Part shown: one piece after another, positions 11,447 to 23,300 of the stretch | Layout of the letters: the number at the start of each line of letters is the position of its first letter | Numbering within the stretch: the stretch's first letter is position 1 | Origin: Saprolegnia diclina VS20 | Taxonomy: Eukaryota | Direction of reading: 5' to 3' | NCBI RefSeq assembly: GCF_000281045.1 | Contig: NW_008246072.1 | Span: 823,232-887,231, forward strand | DNA length: 64,000 nucleotides | The notes under the pieces: model-generated | What the model saw: only the letters and a program-made list of their open reading frames with translations | What the model was told of the DNA's origin: nothing | Databases searched by the model: none | Program-made: the position numbers and the translations under genes

Positions 11447-13048
11447 TTAGCCGCGGCGCTTGGAGACGGTGCACATGTGAACGGGTCCTTTTTGGCTCGA
11501 CGACGTAGCAATGATGGCTTCGGTCGCATCGTGCGCTTCCGTCTTCTTGTTGGCGGCGAGCACGACAAGACATGTGCCGGCGATGACAAGGACGCCGCCG
11601 ATCCACGTAAGGATGCCGGGGATGCTATCGACGCCGAGGAGAACGCCGATTGCTGTCGCGAGCACGGGCTCGAGGAGCATGACGACGCTCACAACGATCG
11701 GGTCAAAGTACTTCATGACGCTAATGTAGCCCATCGTGCCGATGATCGTGCACACAAACACGAGGTAGAGCTCGATGCCGAGGCGGTCGCTTTGGATCCA
11801 GCCAAAGAGTCCGATCGTGTCGTCGATGCTCCAGAGGTCGTTGGGGATCCCAAGGACGTAAAAGACGGGAAAGTGCAGTAGCATAGTGACCACAAAGAGC
11901 AGCGTCATGTAGAGGAAGACGTCCATGTCTGCGCGAAGCTTCTTGGCCGTGAGGAGGTAGAAGACCCCACCGACAGCGCCGATGAGCGCAACCACATCGC
12001 CTTGCCACGACGGCGGCACCGCACTCGAGTTGGCGTCGACGCCCGAGTGATCCAGAGTGGTGACGACGCCGCCAACGATGCCAAGGGCCGACCCGAGCGC
12101 TTCAAAGAGCACGACGGGCTTGCCGAGCAGCACCTTGCCGAGCACGATGAGGAGCGAGTGGCAGTTGTTGAAGATGTAAGCGTGTCCGATCGACGTGTGG
12201 TTGAGCGACCAGAGAAAGGTCATGAGGAAGAGCGCGTACGAGACGCATGAGAAGAGGAAGACGAGCAAAAGCGACGGCGTCCAGCGCGGCCACCCGTACG
12301 CGTGGACCGAGTAGAATGCAAACGGAAGGAACCCGAGGATCGACGCGGTCGTGCGCCAGAAGAGCTTGACGAACGGGTCGACGCCGGCTTGGAGGTCGAG
12401 CGCGGCGCCCAGCGACGAGATGGTGAGGAGCGCGGCAATGAGGAGCGCGTACCCGACGAACGGCACGCGCTTCTCGACGACGAGCTGCACGTGCATGACG
12501 TGGTGCGCATCCGACCCACTCTCGTACACGGTCTCGACGCTCACGTGCGTTATGTCGGTCGGGAGGTGCGAGAACCGCCGCACGAGCGACGACTCGGTGC
12601 TCTCGTCGAGGTACACGTCGGACGGCGTCGACTCGGGCACGGCGAGGACATACTCGGTCGCGTCTTCCGCGACCGGAATCAACAGCGCACTGCGCGACGT
12701 GAGCAAGAGCGGCGCGGGCACGGGCAGCGGCAGCGGCGTCGTGGCCTCTAGAAAGGCCGCTTTTCGCCGCTCGACAATGTGCTTTGCCGTGACTTGGAGC
12801 CGACCAATCGTCCGCACCGCGGTCTGGAGCTTGGCTTTTGCCGTCCGGGGTCGTGTCACGGGCAAGAGCGACGTTGTCTCGGAGGGATGCAGCACGAGCT
12901 GGTCGACGCCGACGACAAAGCCGTCGAACGCATGCGGCGCCGTGACCACGTGCTTGGACTCGCTCTGAAGGCCGGCCACAAGGTCTTCTTCGGGCACGCC
13001 CGCGATGCGACTCAGCGCCTCGAGGTCCAGCGCGTAGACGTCGCCCAT
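11447..13048 (-). CDS. Drug/metabolite transporter (EamA/DMT) with long soluble N-terminal extension
   Basis: About 10 hydrophobic segments; WSLNHTSIGHAYIFNN, GDVVALIGAVGGVFY and VSVVMLLEPVLATAIG motifs. Confidence 0.9.
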   Translation of the reverse strand: MGDVYALDLEALSRIAGVPEEDLVAGLQSESKHVVTAPHAFDGFVVGVDQLVLHPSETTSLLPVTRPRTAKAKLQTAVRTIGRLQVTAKHIVERRKAAFLEATTPLPLPVPAPLLLTSRSALLIPVAEDATEYVLAVPESTPSDVYLDESTESSLVRRFSHLPTDITHVSVETVYESGSDAHHVMHVQLVVEKRVPFVGYALLIAALLTISSLGAALDLQAGVDPFVKLFWRTTASILGFLPFAFYSVHAYGWPRWTPSLLLVFLFSCVSYALFLMTFLWSLNHTSIGHAYIFNNCHSLLIVLGKVLLGKPVVLFEALGSALGIVGGVVTTLDHSGVDANSSAVPPSWQGDVVALIGAVGGVFYLLTAKKLRADMDVFLYMTLLFVVTMLLHFPVFYVLGIPNDLWSIDDTIGLFGWIQSDRLGIELYLVFVCTIIGTMGYISVMKYFDPIVVSVVMLLEPVLATAIGVLLGVDSIPGILTWIGGVLVIAGTCLVVLAANKKTEAHDATEAIIATSSSQKGPVHMCTVSKRRG

Positions 13049-13220
13049 GCTTGTTGTACTCTGCCACACAACCCCAAAATTGCGATCTTTTTCGCCGCTT
13101 TTGATTGGTTCAAATGCAACGCCAAGGATCCAATCACAAGCACGAGATCCAAGTCGCGCCAGATCCAGATCCAGATTTCCAACGCACAATAACTAGATGT
13201 GGTTCATGCGATATCAACAG

Positions 13221-15329
13221 CTATTCGTCAAAGACGAGGGGCTTCTTGGCCTTTGGTGGCTCGGAGCGGCCAACGCGAAGGTGCTCGGGCGCATACTTGC
13301 GGTGCATCAAGCTCACAAGTGTCTTGAGCTATCGACGCCATGGAGCTCGCGTCAGAGAGAGGGTCACGCCTACCTGGTGCCATTCTTCGCACTGCATCGC
13401 CTTGTTGGCGTCCGCGAGCAAGTCGAGTTTGCCCAAGAGCAGCGAAATGTCTTGGGTCTTGGCGTCATTCAGATAGGCTTGGAGCGCGAGGTCCATGAGC
13501 CCGATCTTCATGCAAATCATCTCGTAGGGCGGCGCGGTCACGTGCACGTTGTTTTGCGCATACGTGTGCGTGAGCGAGTCGACGAGCGCTGCGACAATGT
13601 CGATCACAATGTGGTAGCCGACAGGAAACTCGAGCGGTTCCTCCTAATAGCCGCATGAGGGTTTGCATTCGAATGATACTCGAGTACGTTGGCGGCGCCG
13701 TTTTGGTCGATGCGGTGCTGCAGCACGTAGACCGCAAGGCCGGTCGTGAGCTGCGTGCCACGGTCCGTGCGCGGCAGCCGCCGGGCGATCGTGAGCCAGC
13801 CCGCCGCCGACTTGAAGTAGCCTTCGCTGCCGCTCGCAATCTTCATGATGAGCTTGCGCGCATAGTCGCGTCGCCACTCGCGCGGGGTAAACTGGTCTAA
13901 GAGCGCTTCCAGCGCATACGACGTGAGCTCGAGCAGCTGCGGGCGGATCGTCGTCTCAAACTGCAGCCGGAGAAAGAATACAACCGCGCAAAACGTGTCA
14001 AAGTCGGGCAGCTTCATGCTCTCGGTGCGGAGCGCGAGGATGAAGACCATGACCGTGTACTCCATGTTGAGCGACGGGAACGGCAGCGCGTCATTGACTG
14101 TTGTCGTCTCACGCGTCGACGCACGCTGGACGCTGTTGAGCCCGCGCTTCGTCTCCTGGAAGCCGTAGAGCTTGAAGGTTGCGAGAAAATGGTCGAGCTC
14201 CAAGCTCTTGGCGGCCATACTGATCGGCAGCGGGACGTGCTGGGCGAGAAGCGCCGACGGGAGGCCGTTCGTAAACTACTCGAACCCACTTGAGCCCATT
14301 GAAGCAGTGATCAAAGCAATGGAGCGACCTGGACGATGTCGCTCTTGTTGGATGTCAGAAGGAGGAACAGGTTGAGAAAGGCGCCGCGGACAATGTGGTC
14401 ATTCGGGTGGGCGCCGACTACGAGTATGTCGTGCGACGTGAGCCAAGTGCTGTGACGATAACCTCTACCTACCAAGGGCAAAGAGGTAGGCGGTAATCGG
14501 CGCAGGGGCTTCGACGAGCCCGCATTTCTCATGCAAATAGATCAAGATGATTTTGGAGTGAAGGAGCGACCCGAGCTCTTCGAGGTTGTCTGACACACAT
14601 CATTAGCCATCGTGGGTGAACGAGAGATGGACCTGTGGCCAGGGCGATCGCGTCGTAGAGAAGAGCCAGGTCCGCGTCGTCCGTCTTGACGCTCTCGAAA
14701 CGGGGCAGCGGAATCGGCTACGACGACGAAGAGTCCATACCTATGGAAGACCCGAGATGCTACCTCGGTCATAGGCTCAAAGACGTAGCCAAATTGCTCG
14801 GTCTCGGCCTGCTTTTCGATCGAGAAGAGGTGTTCGTCGGCCTGGAGGTCCTTGAGGTTGGCCGCGATCTCGCTGTCCATGACGTGGTCTTGCTCCTGGA
14901 TCTCGGCCGTCTCTTGCATGATCTTTTGCAGCTTGCGCGTGTGTTCCTTCTTCTTCTCGACTTCGGCGCTGTCGGCCGCGAGGAGCGCGTCGAGGCTGTC
15001 GAGGAGCGGAATACCACTCGCCGTTTCCTTGCGCTTGTTCACGCGCTTCCTACACAAAGCATGAACATCAGTGCATGTAGTCATACATACTTGATGGGTC
15101 GCGTGTCCTTGAGCTGGCGCAGAATGTCCACGTCCGAGTCTTCGCTGCCATCGTCCGCGCCCTGCTTGGGCTTCTTCAAGGCCGCTTTCCGTGGGTGCTG
15201 CGGCGCCGCCTTGGCGCGGCTGGGCGGCTTGCGCTCGGGGCTTGGCGACGCCTCTCGGCTCGGCGGCGCGTCGGCAGCGGCCTCGACCCGGGCTTGGACG
15301 CGTGAGCTTCGTCGCATCGCTTGCAGCAT
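13221..15329 (-). CDS. Hypothetical multi-exon nuclear protein (basic disordered N-terminus, coiled coil, helical C-terminal domain)
   Basis: Chain of codon-biased exons (15081-15329, ~14770-14990, 13604-14300, 13370-13620, 13221-13330) separated by GT..AG introns; exact model uncertain. Confidence 0.6.
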
Positions 15330-16680
15330 GCTGTCGGGATCCTGCACTCCTTGCCGACTCCAATTGTTTTTTAATTATTTAAAACGATCGGTTTTTGAGC
15401 AACCAATCGAGACAGTCTTGATAAAACCCAGACAGGCCGCACGGGCTTGTGTGCTAGACTGCAACTAGAAAAGTGAACTAGAACTACTAACTGCTGGCAC
15501 CCTGGCACGGGCTCGGTACACCCCCATAACAACGGTCTTCCCGTAGGACGATCTCCAACGATGACATCACCTCGTCCCCGGCCCTGTGGTTCGAGAGCTG
15601 ACTAGATATGAATATCCAGTGCTCAACTACTGCATGAGGCTACTGCATGAGGCAGCAACTGCCTCTCAGCGCTGATCGTTGCAGGTGTGCTGTACATAGC
15701 GCTCGTGCTATGCGTGGAGCTTCATGCACAGAACGACTACTAGTATAGCACTGGCTTGGCTTGGCTTTTCTGGGGTGCAATGTGTCGAGCGTCGCAGGTT
15801 GGCTCTCATCAACCGACGAGCCACGTGTCGCTGACCCACGCTAACTCGCAACCAAGCAAGACTAGAGTACTAGCTCGACGCGCGGTCGCCACGCCTCGAA
15901 CGTCATACAGGAGCCACCCGGCGCGGTCGATGCGACCATTGGCAAACCCTATTCCCCAGTTGGTACAACCACTAGCTACCGGTACCCGAGACGCGGAACG
16001 TTGGCGGCCAAGCCGAGGAGCGAAGGCCAGCCTGTCTCTGTGAGCAGTGTGCCCACCATTATGCTCGATACCAGAGGAGCTCGGTTGCTGCTTGTTGACC
16101 GAACCTTGGCGCGACCACGACCTGTGCACCACACCAGGCGCGCGTCGTGTCGCTTGTCCTGCGCAGTAACCCCGTTTCCCTCCACAGCGTCAAACTCGAC
16201 CTTCGCCACCAACACCAGCGACGGTGGTCGCGATTCGGATACTGCCGTCGTCGTTGCAGCCGGTACTCGTAGTCGCAGCTTCGGTTAGCCGATCGACGTG
16301 GTCGAAGTCGGCACGCTTGCAGCGCAGAACGCTGGGGTAGAACCACTGGGGCGGTCCAACAACACACTAATATTGTCCATAATTCCATCAATAATTACAT
16401 GAAAAAATACATAAAAAGAGGACCCGAGCGCGCTCGTGGTGGGCCGACCATCGATCAATTGGGCTGCGACGTGGCGCGACGAGGGCTGGCGACGGCGTCG
16501 GTCCATGTTGAATGGACGGTTCTGACGCCCTGCGCAATTCGGCAAATATATTAATATTGCGGGTTTTTGGGCTTTTGGCTGCAATATTAAATTCGTTTCT
16601 CGCATCCAATCAGCGTGCGCGGCCGGCTTTGTGTTCGTTTATTTTATTTTTTGCCGACAGCAACCCCTGGCCGAAGCATC

Positions 16681-19600
16681 ATGATGAGCGTGGGGCAGCT
16701 CTGCGCCCAGGACCATGAGAGCGCGAGCGACATGGAGGACAAGCCGCTGGCGCTGGAGAAGAAGAAGGCGAGCCAGAAGCGCCGGCGCGAGTACAGCCCC
16801 AAGCCGTCCGAGGAAGAGCTCGACACGGCCGACACCAACGAAGAGGACGACGACGACGACGATGACGACGACTTGAGTGGTCGCAGCGACAACGAGCGCC
16901 GTGGCAGCGACCACAACCGTTGGTATTGCAATGTGTGCAAGGATGGCGGCGAGCTCCTCTGCTGCGACCGGTGCCCGCGCGCGTTCCACACGGCGTGTCT
17001 GACCATGGACCCGGACGACGTCCCGTCGCCCGACAGCAACTGGTACTGCAAGCTGTGCAGCGACACGCTCGAGCGCCGAAAGGCCAAGCGCGACGTCAAG
17101 GAGATGCGTCGCAAGCGGCGCGAAGAAGAGAAGCGCCAGCGCGAACTGGTTCGCTATGAGAAGCAGCGGGCCAAGGACGAAGCGTCCGCGCGCCGCAGCG
17201 CCAAGGCGCTCGAAGACAAGGCCAAGCGCGTTCTCGACATGAGGGAGCGCATTGTCAAGAAGCAAAAGGTCACGTACAAGGACCGCGAGGAAGAGAAGCT
17301 CGGGAAGATTGCCGAGAACCTCGCGGAAACCATCCGACAGGCAAAGGAGCGTCTCGACAAGCTCGAGAAGGAAGACTTGGCGCTCCGGAAGCGCGAACAG
17401 GCGCTCACCAAGAAGCGTGGGTACCCGATCGAAGACCTCGAGGTCGTGCCCGACGACGACGCGCCGCCGGAGCCCCGACCGACGTACGTCCTTTCTCTCT
17501 CCAAACTGCGTACTCACCACGTCTTTCTTCAGGCCCGTCCCGTGCGACTTTGGCGGTCTTCCGTCAAGCGTCTTCCACGACCTCTTGCCGGTCTGGGACT
17601 TCGTCTACTCGTTCCACGACCTCCTCGGCCTCTCGCCCATCTCGATCGAGCAGCTCTGCAGCGCGCTCGCAACATCGGACGCCATGACGACGCTCGTCAG
17701 CGAAGTGCACATGGCGCTTCTCGACTTGATTTTAGAAAACCGGTACGACATCGCGTCCCATATCCTCCATGGGCTCATGTCCATATGCACGCAGCGAGGA
17801 CGCGAGCTACGTGCCCGAAGAAGAAGACGATATGGATGCCATGGACCGGTACCGGTACGAAGTCGTCCACGCGCCGCTCACGGTCGGCGTCCCGACCTCC
17901 AACATGCTCAACTTCATCTCGTGGCCGTCGGTGCTGCGTCATCTCATCTGCGCCGTACCCCGGTACTTTAACAATGCGTCGCCTGACCTCCGCGCGGCCG
18001 TCGACGGCCTCGCCCAGCACGAGATTTACGCGCTCCCGATCGCGCACAAGGTCGCCTTGCTGCGGTTCCTCGTGACGCTTGCGTACAGCACGAACAAGGT
18101 CGGGTACCTCATCAACCACAACGCGACCGAGCGCGTCGAGGCCGCCAAAGAGCACAGCCGAATGCTCTTCCACGAGAAGCGCGCGGCCGCCGAGGAAGAC
18201 AAGAAGCTCAAGGAGCTCCAGCGCGCCGAGAAGGCGCGTGTCGCGTCCGAGCAAAAGTCGGCCATGAGCTCGTGGCTCAAGGGCGGCAAGAAGGGCGCGC
18301 CGCCGACTGACGACGACAAGAGCGTCAGCGAGAACGCGTCGGTCGCGTCGGCGAGCGACAATGACGACTTGGACTCGGACGAGAGCAGCGGCACGGACGA
18401 AGAAGAGACGTCGCTCAAGGAGATGCAAGCGAACGGCGTCATTTCGCGCCAAGAGTACCTCTCGCGACGAAAGAAGCTCCAGGCCGAGAAGGACGAGAAG
18501 CGCCGGGTCCGGCTCGAGACGCGGAAGCGCCAAAAGCAAAAAGAGCAACTCGCGCGGAAGCGGCAGCTCGTGGCGGAAGAGCTCCACGTGGCCATGGACA
18601 TTCGCGACGTCGACCGCCTCCGGTCGTCGCTCAAGGCGGCGCGGGACCTCGGCATGCACTCGAAGCGGGCCTCGCGCAACGGCGAGCCCGCGACCTCGGC
18701 CGACATCAAGCTCGTGGAGGACGCCGACGAGTTTTTGGAGCGCCTCGAAGCCGACTTGGTCAAGGAGCACGAGATGGAAGAGCGCAAGCGGGCGTTCGAC
18801 AAGACGATGCGTCAGTTCTTCGTGCGCACCGAGCCGGTTGGCAAGGATCGTATGAAGCACAAGTACTGGGTCTTCCGCGGCGATGGGTCCCGTGTCTACG
18901 TCGAGAATGACAAGCACGAGTGGGCCTACTACGACCAACTGAGTGACGTCAAGGCGCTTGTGACGGCGCTCGACGCGCGTGGGACGCGCGAACACCATTT
19001 GAAACTCGAGCTGGCGTCGCTGCTCGAGACGACGCTGACGCCAGTCAAGGAAGAGAGCGCGTGGACCAACAAGGCGCGATCGTGGTCGGCGCAGCTCTTG
19101 CCCAACATGTCGGTCGACGACCTTGTTGCGCAGCTTGTACACCTTGAGAGCTGGCTCTCCAAGCACTTGGAGGACAAGGCGTCCGAGTCGTGGACGACGA
19201 CGACCAAAGAAACGTGGCGCACGACGGTGCAAGCGTGCCAGACCGCCAAGGACCTCGTCGCGCCGCTGTTGGCCATTGAGCGCCAAGTTACCGACGCCCA
19301 CATGCCCAAGCTCCTTCACGACAATGACGAGCACGATGTCGACATGGAGGAGGACGAAGACGATGACGAAGACGAGACGTTTGTGGATACCGGACTCTGG
19401 CCGTCCAAGCAAGCGCGCGACCGGTGGGTCGGCACCGTGCGCTCAAGCACGACGCTCTCGAGCGTCGGGTTGGCACTTGCGTCCTTTCTCCAGCGAATGG
19501 ACGTCATCGGTCTCTCCGAGTCGAGCGTAGCTCGCAAAAGCATCCGAAAGGAAAAGGAAGAGAGCAAGATGAAGGAGGACCCGGACACGCCGACGAAAGA

Positions 19601-20336
19601 AGCGCGTCCGTCCAAGGCCCACGAGTGGGAAGAATACTGCTGCATCTGCGGCGACGGCGGCGAGCTCCTCTGCTGGTACGCGTTTTTGTAAGGTTTGGTT
19701 GTACTTGAGCGTTGGGTGTAGCGATGGCTGCCCCCGGGTCTTTCACTATACGTGCGTGGGCCTCCGCCGTGTCCCTCGTGGCAAGACGTTTTGCCCGCAC
19801 TGCGACAAGAGCGTCAAGCCCGTGTACCCGGTGGTTCGGAGAGCCAACCTCGAGCGCGAGGTCAAGGCCGAGTCGTTGGCGTCGCCGACACGTGACGCCA
19901 AGACGCCGTCGACGCAGCAGTGGGACTCGTACTGCAACGACTGCGGCGCCGGTGGCACGCTCTTGCTCTGCGACGGCTGCCCCAAGGCGTTCCACGCGGC
20001 GTGCCTTCAGCTCGATGAGGTACAACTCAACGCGCCGATCGTATGAGACGCGTATGTGGTCGCGTAGGACGATCTGAGTCCAGGGGAAGACTGGTTTTGC
20101 TCGGAATGCGAAAACCAGTCGTGCGGGCAGTGCAAGCGCGGCCGCATTCGCATGGACTCGCACGTCATTTGCGGCTCGGAGGACGGGACGCGCGGTTGTG
20201 AGCGCGTCTTCCACTTGGTAGTCATCCCGAATCGTCCATTTATACTCACCATCTTGCTGCGTAGAAATGCGTCAAGCTCGCGGCCGTGCCGGCGGACGAC
20301 TGGTACTGCAAAAAGTGCCAAAAGCAGCTCAAGTAG
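16681..20336 (+). CDS. PHD-finger / DDT / WHIM1 / WSD chromatin protein (ISWI-partner type) with further C-terminal PHD fingers, multi-exon
   Basis: [51 protein letters not shown]1: [27 protein letters not shown]...YWVF and LDARGTRE..L. More PHDs at ~19635-20330. Confidence 0.9.
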
Positions 20337-20351
20337 CTCCATATATATACG

Positions 20352-23300
20352 TCATCCTTCTCTGTACACGCCGGCTACGAAGGCACGTTGCCACACCTCT
20401 GCTATGTGGGACCAAAGGAACCGCTGGCGCGCGTCCTGCACCATGGCAGCGCGTCGGGCGGCCAACTCCTTTGGGTCCATGCGCGCCGCAGCAATCACAC
20501 TGTGCAGCCAGTCGTGGATCCACGCCTCGGACGCTACCAACACCCTCAGCACCGGAGAGGACAACGCATCGACGCACCGTCGTCAACGAGCGCGGTCGCC
20601 GGACCCATGTCATGTGGTCCCACGACCTCGGCGAGTGCACCGCGCTTGGATGTAATGGGGATCGCGCCGGCCGCCATCGCCTTCATGATCGAAACGCAGC
20701 TCGTCTCGGGAAACGTGGTGGGGTAGAGGTAAAAGCCAGCGGTCGCATACCTGCACCACCACTATGTTGTTGCCAGCAGGAGACAGAGTAGGACGGATAC
20801 CCGCGGGCGAGCGTACTATGGTCGACGAGGCCGTGGTAGGCAATGCCGTCCTGGGCCAAGAGAGCTTCGATGCGGCGTTGCCACTCGATCGAGGCCGTTC
20901 GACGCACGGCGGCTGTCAGCCCATAGTACACCTACACACAGAGTCGGCGGGGTCGGGGTAGGGTCCGTCTACATGGAGCGTGGCGTTGGGCAGCGCCTGG
21001 CGCAGGGTGGGCCAGTGCAGCAAGAGCGTCTCGAGGCCGCGTGTGGGTGCACTCCCATACACAAAACGGTGGGGGTCGTTGCGTCCGACGACGAACGCGG
21101 CGGGTGGGACGCCATTGCCCGAGAGCCGTAGCTTGGGTGTGTCGAGAAGAAGCGTCGCTTGGGCGTGGAAGCGCGAGAGGCAGAAGACCCCTGTGAGCGA
21201 CGCCAGGAATCGCGGCGTCAAGACGCGGCCGTCGATCACGTCGTGCAGCCACACGAACGACTGGGTCGCGGCGGTGGCCAACGCCACGGAGATGTGGTAT
21301 CGCCACGCAACAAACACGTCTACAAGATAGTGCTAGGAAACGTATCAATGTATCAGGAGCCCACCAATGTGCGCGGTCGCATCGAACGCTGCATGCGAGA
21401 ACCAGCGGACGCCTTCGCCATCGACGCCAACGTCCGCCGCACGTGGGTCGGCGTACACGCGCACGTCGAGTCCGAGGCGGGCGAGCGCGCGGGCCAAGTA
21501 GATGACGGCTTCTTCCGAGCCGCCGACACCATCCCGCGTCGACGACGGTCCCCAGTGCGGCCACCTACATGTGCTCTCAGCTCTTCTTGGGTTCTGGGGT
21601 AGCTACCAGGTTTGGCCGTATTCGTAGCAGTAGATGACCACAATGCGACCGCCGGTGCGTGGTACGGGCGCGTCCAGCACATGTCGAGCGTGCGCTGCTT
21701 TGTGCTCAGCGACCACCGCCTCCATGGCAAGTGCGTTCGCCGCGTCAAAGTCGCCGAGCGTCTGGAGTAGCACGCCCAGATTGTACTTGGCCTTGACCAC
21801 CATCTTCAGCGGCACGTCCTCGCTTTGGTTGAGAAACGTAGAGCGCAAGAGAGCGATCGCGACGGGAATGTGGCCAAGCTGTGCATGGGCGTACGCAACG
21901 TGGAAGAGATGCGCGAGTCTTTCGGTATGACTCCAAAGCCGCGCCACCTACAGTGCACTTGCTACTCTCGCTGGTCGAGCAGAGATCGTTGGCGACCTGG
22001 GGGTAGTACCGGGTGTGGGCTTCGAGCACCGCCGCATGCATGGCCGCGTCAACAAGGAGCTCGGTGAAATGCCACAACGCGCGGGGCTGGCTCGGTTCGA
22101 GATGCAGTGCCAGTGCAAACTACGCGTTGCCATCGGTACTAGGACCGAAGAGTGCAATGCATACCTGCTGGAGCGCACTCGTAGTGTCGCCGGCTGCTGC
22201 CAGCATCGTCGCAAAGTTGGCGCGGTAAAAGCCCACATGAGGCATGCGCTCGATCGACTGCAGCAAGAACGGAAGCCCCAATCGTGTCTGGTCGAGGGCG
22301 TGCAAGAGCAAGCCGTAGAGGTGCAGCGCGTCCGCGTGGTCGGGCCGCACCGAGAGCAGTCGGCGGTACCCGACTTCGGCGATGGCAAACTCGCCGCGCG
22401 TCTGGTGCGCCAGCATCTCGTGCACAATCGCGTCGGCCATTCCAACGCGCCGGACGTCCCGATGACGCGCCACCGGATGCACGACCACATGCATGCGCAC
22501 GGGCGCTAGCTCGAGCATGAGGCGGTAGCTCGCTTCCAAGCGTTTGGTGGTATCGGCCGTGTCAAAGAGGCGCGTGTCGAGCGTCGAAGCCGCCACAACG
22601 CGCCGCAGCTGCTGCAAATGCGGTCGGTGCGTCGTCGCGAGGGCCACCGCCATGTCTTCGTACTCTTTCATGCTATACGTCGTGAGCAAACGCGCGGCGT
22701 CGGCGTCCAGGAGCCGGAGCAAGCTGCCGGCGACCCGGGCCGCAAACGTGTGCCCCACCAACGTCAGCACCGGCAAGTTGGCCCAGAGCATATCCGACGC
22801 CGTCGAGTGCGCATTGTACACGAACGAGTCTAGAAAGAGGTGCGCGTGGCGGAGCCGACTCAAGTGCGCGGCTTTCGCAACCCGGGGCGCAAAGAGCAGC
22901 CGACGCGGGTCGACGCCCCGGGCCGCCGCTTCGGCGCGAAACGTGGCCATGACGCCCGCATCCACCGCGCTGGGTTCGAGCAGCCAGAGCACGCTGCGGG
23001 GCACGCGCTTCAAGATCCGCATCCACGCGTCAAACGACGTCGACTCCATCTTGTTGATCGTATTGAAATTGCAATAGACAAACGACGCGCGCGGCTCGTA
23101 CGCCGTCAGCTCCGAGACGCAGTGCGTGACGCACGTCTCGACGCTCCACGCATAGTCGTTGACTTGGTACGTGTGCGGAAGGTACACTATTTTTTCTGAA
23201 AACGTCGATGCGACCCGCGTGGGGGGCACGACGTACGCGTCGACGATCGCATAGTCGGTAAAGTCGGCGCCCATGCTGCCAGGGTACCCGAGGTAGTTGA

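Noticed and set aside
15585..15600. ggttcga T-loop-like motifs (also ~29111)
   Set aside because: No cloverleaf stems or A-box around them; not tRNAs.
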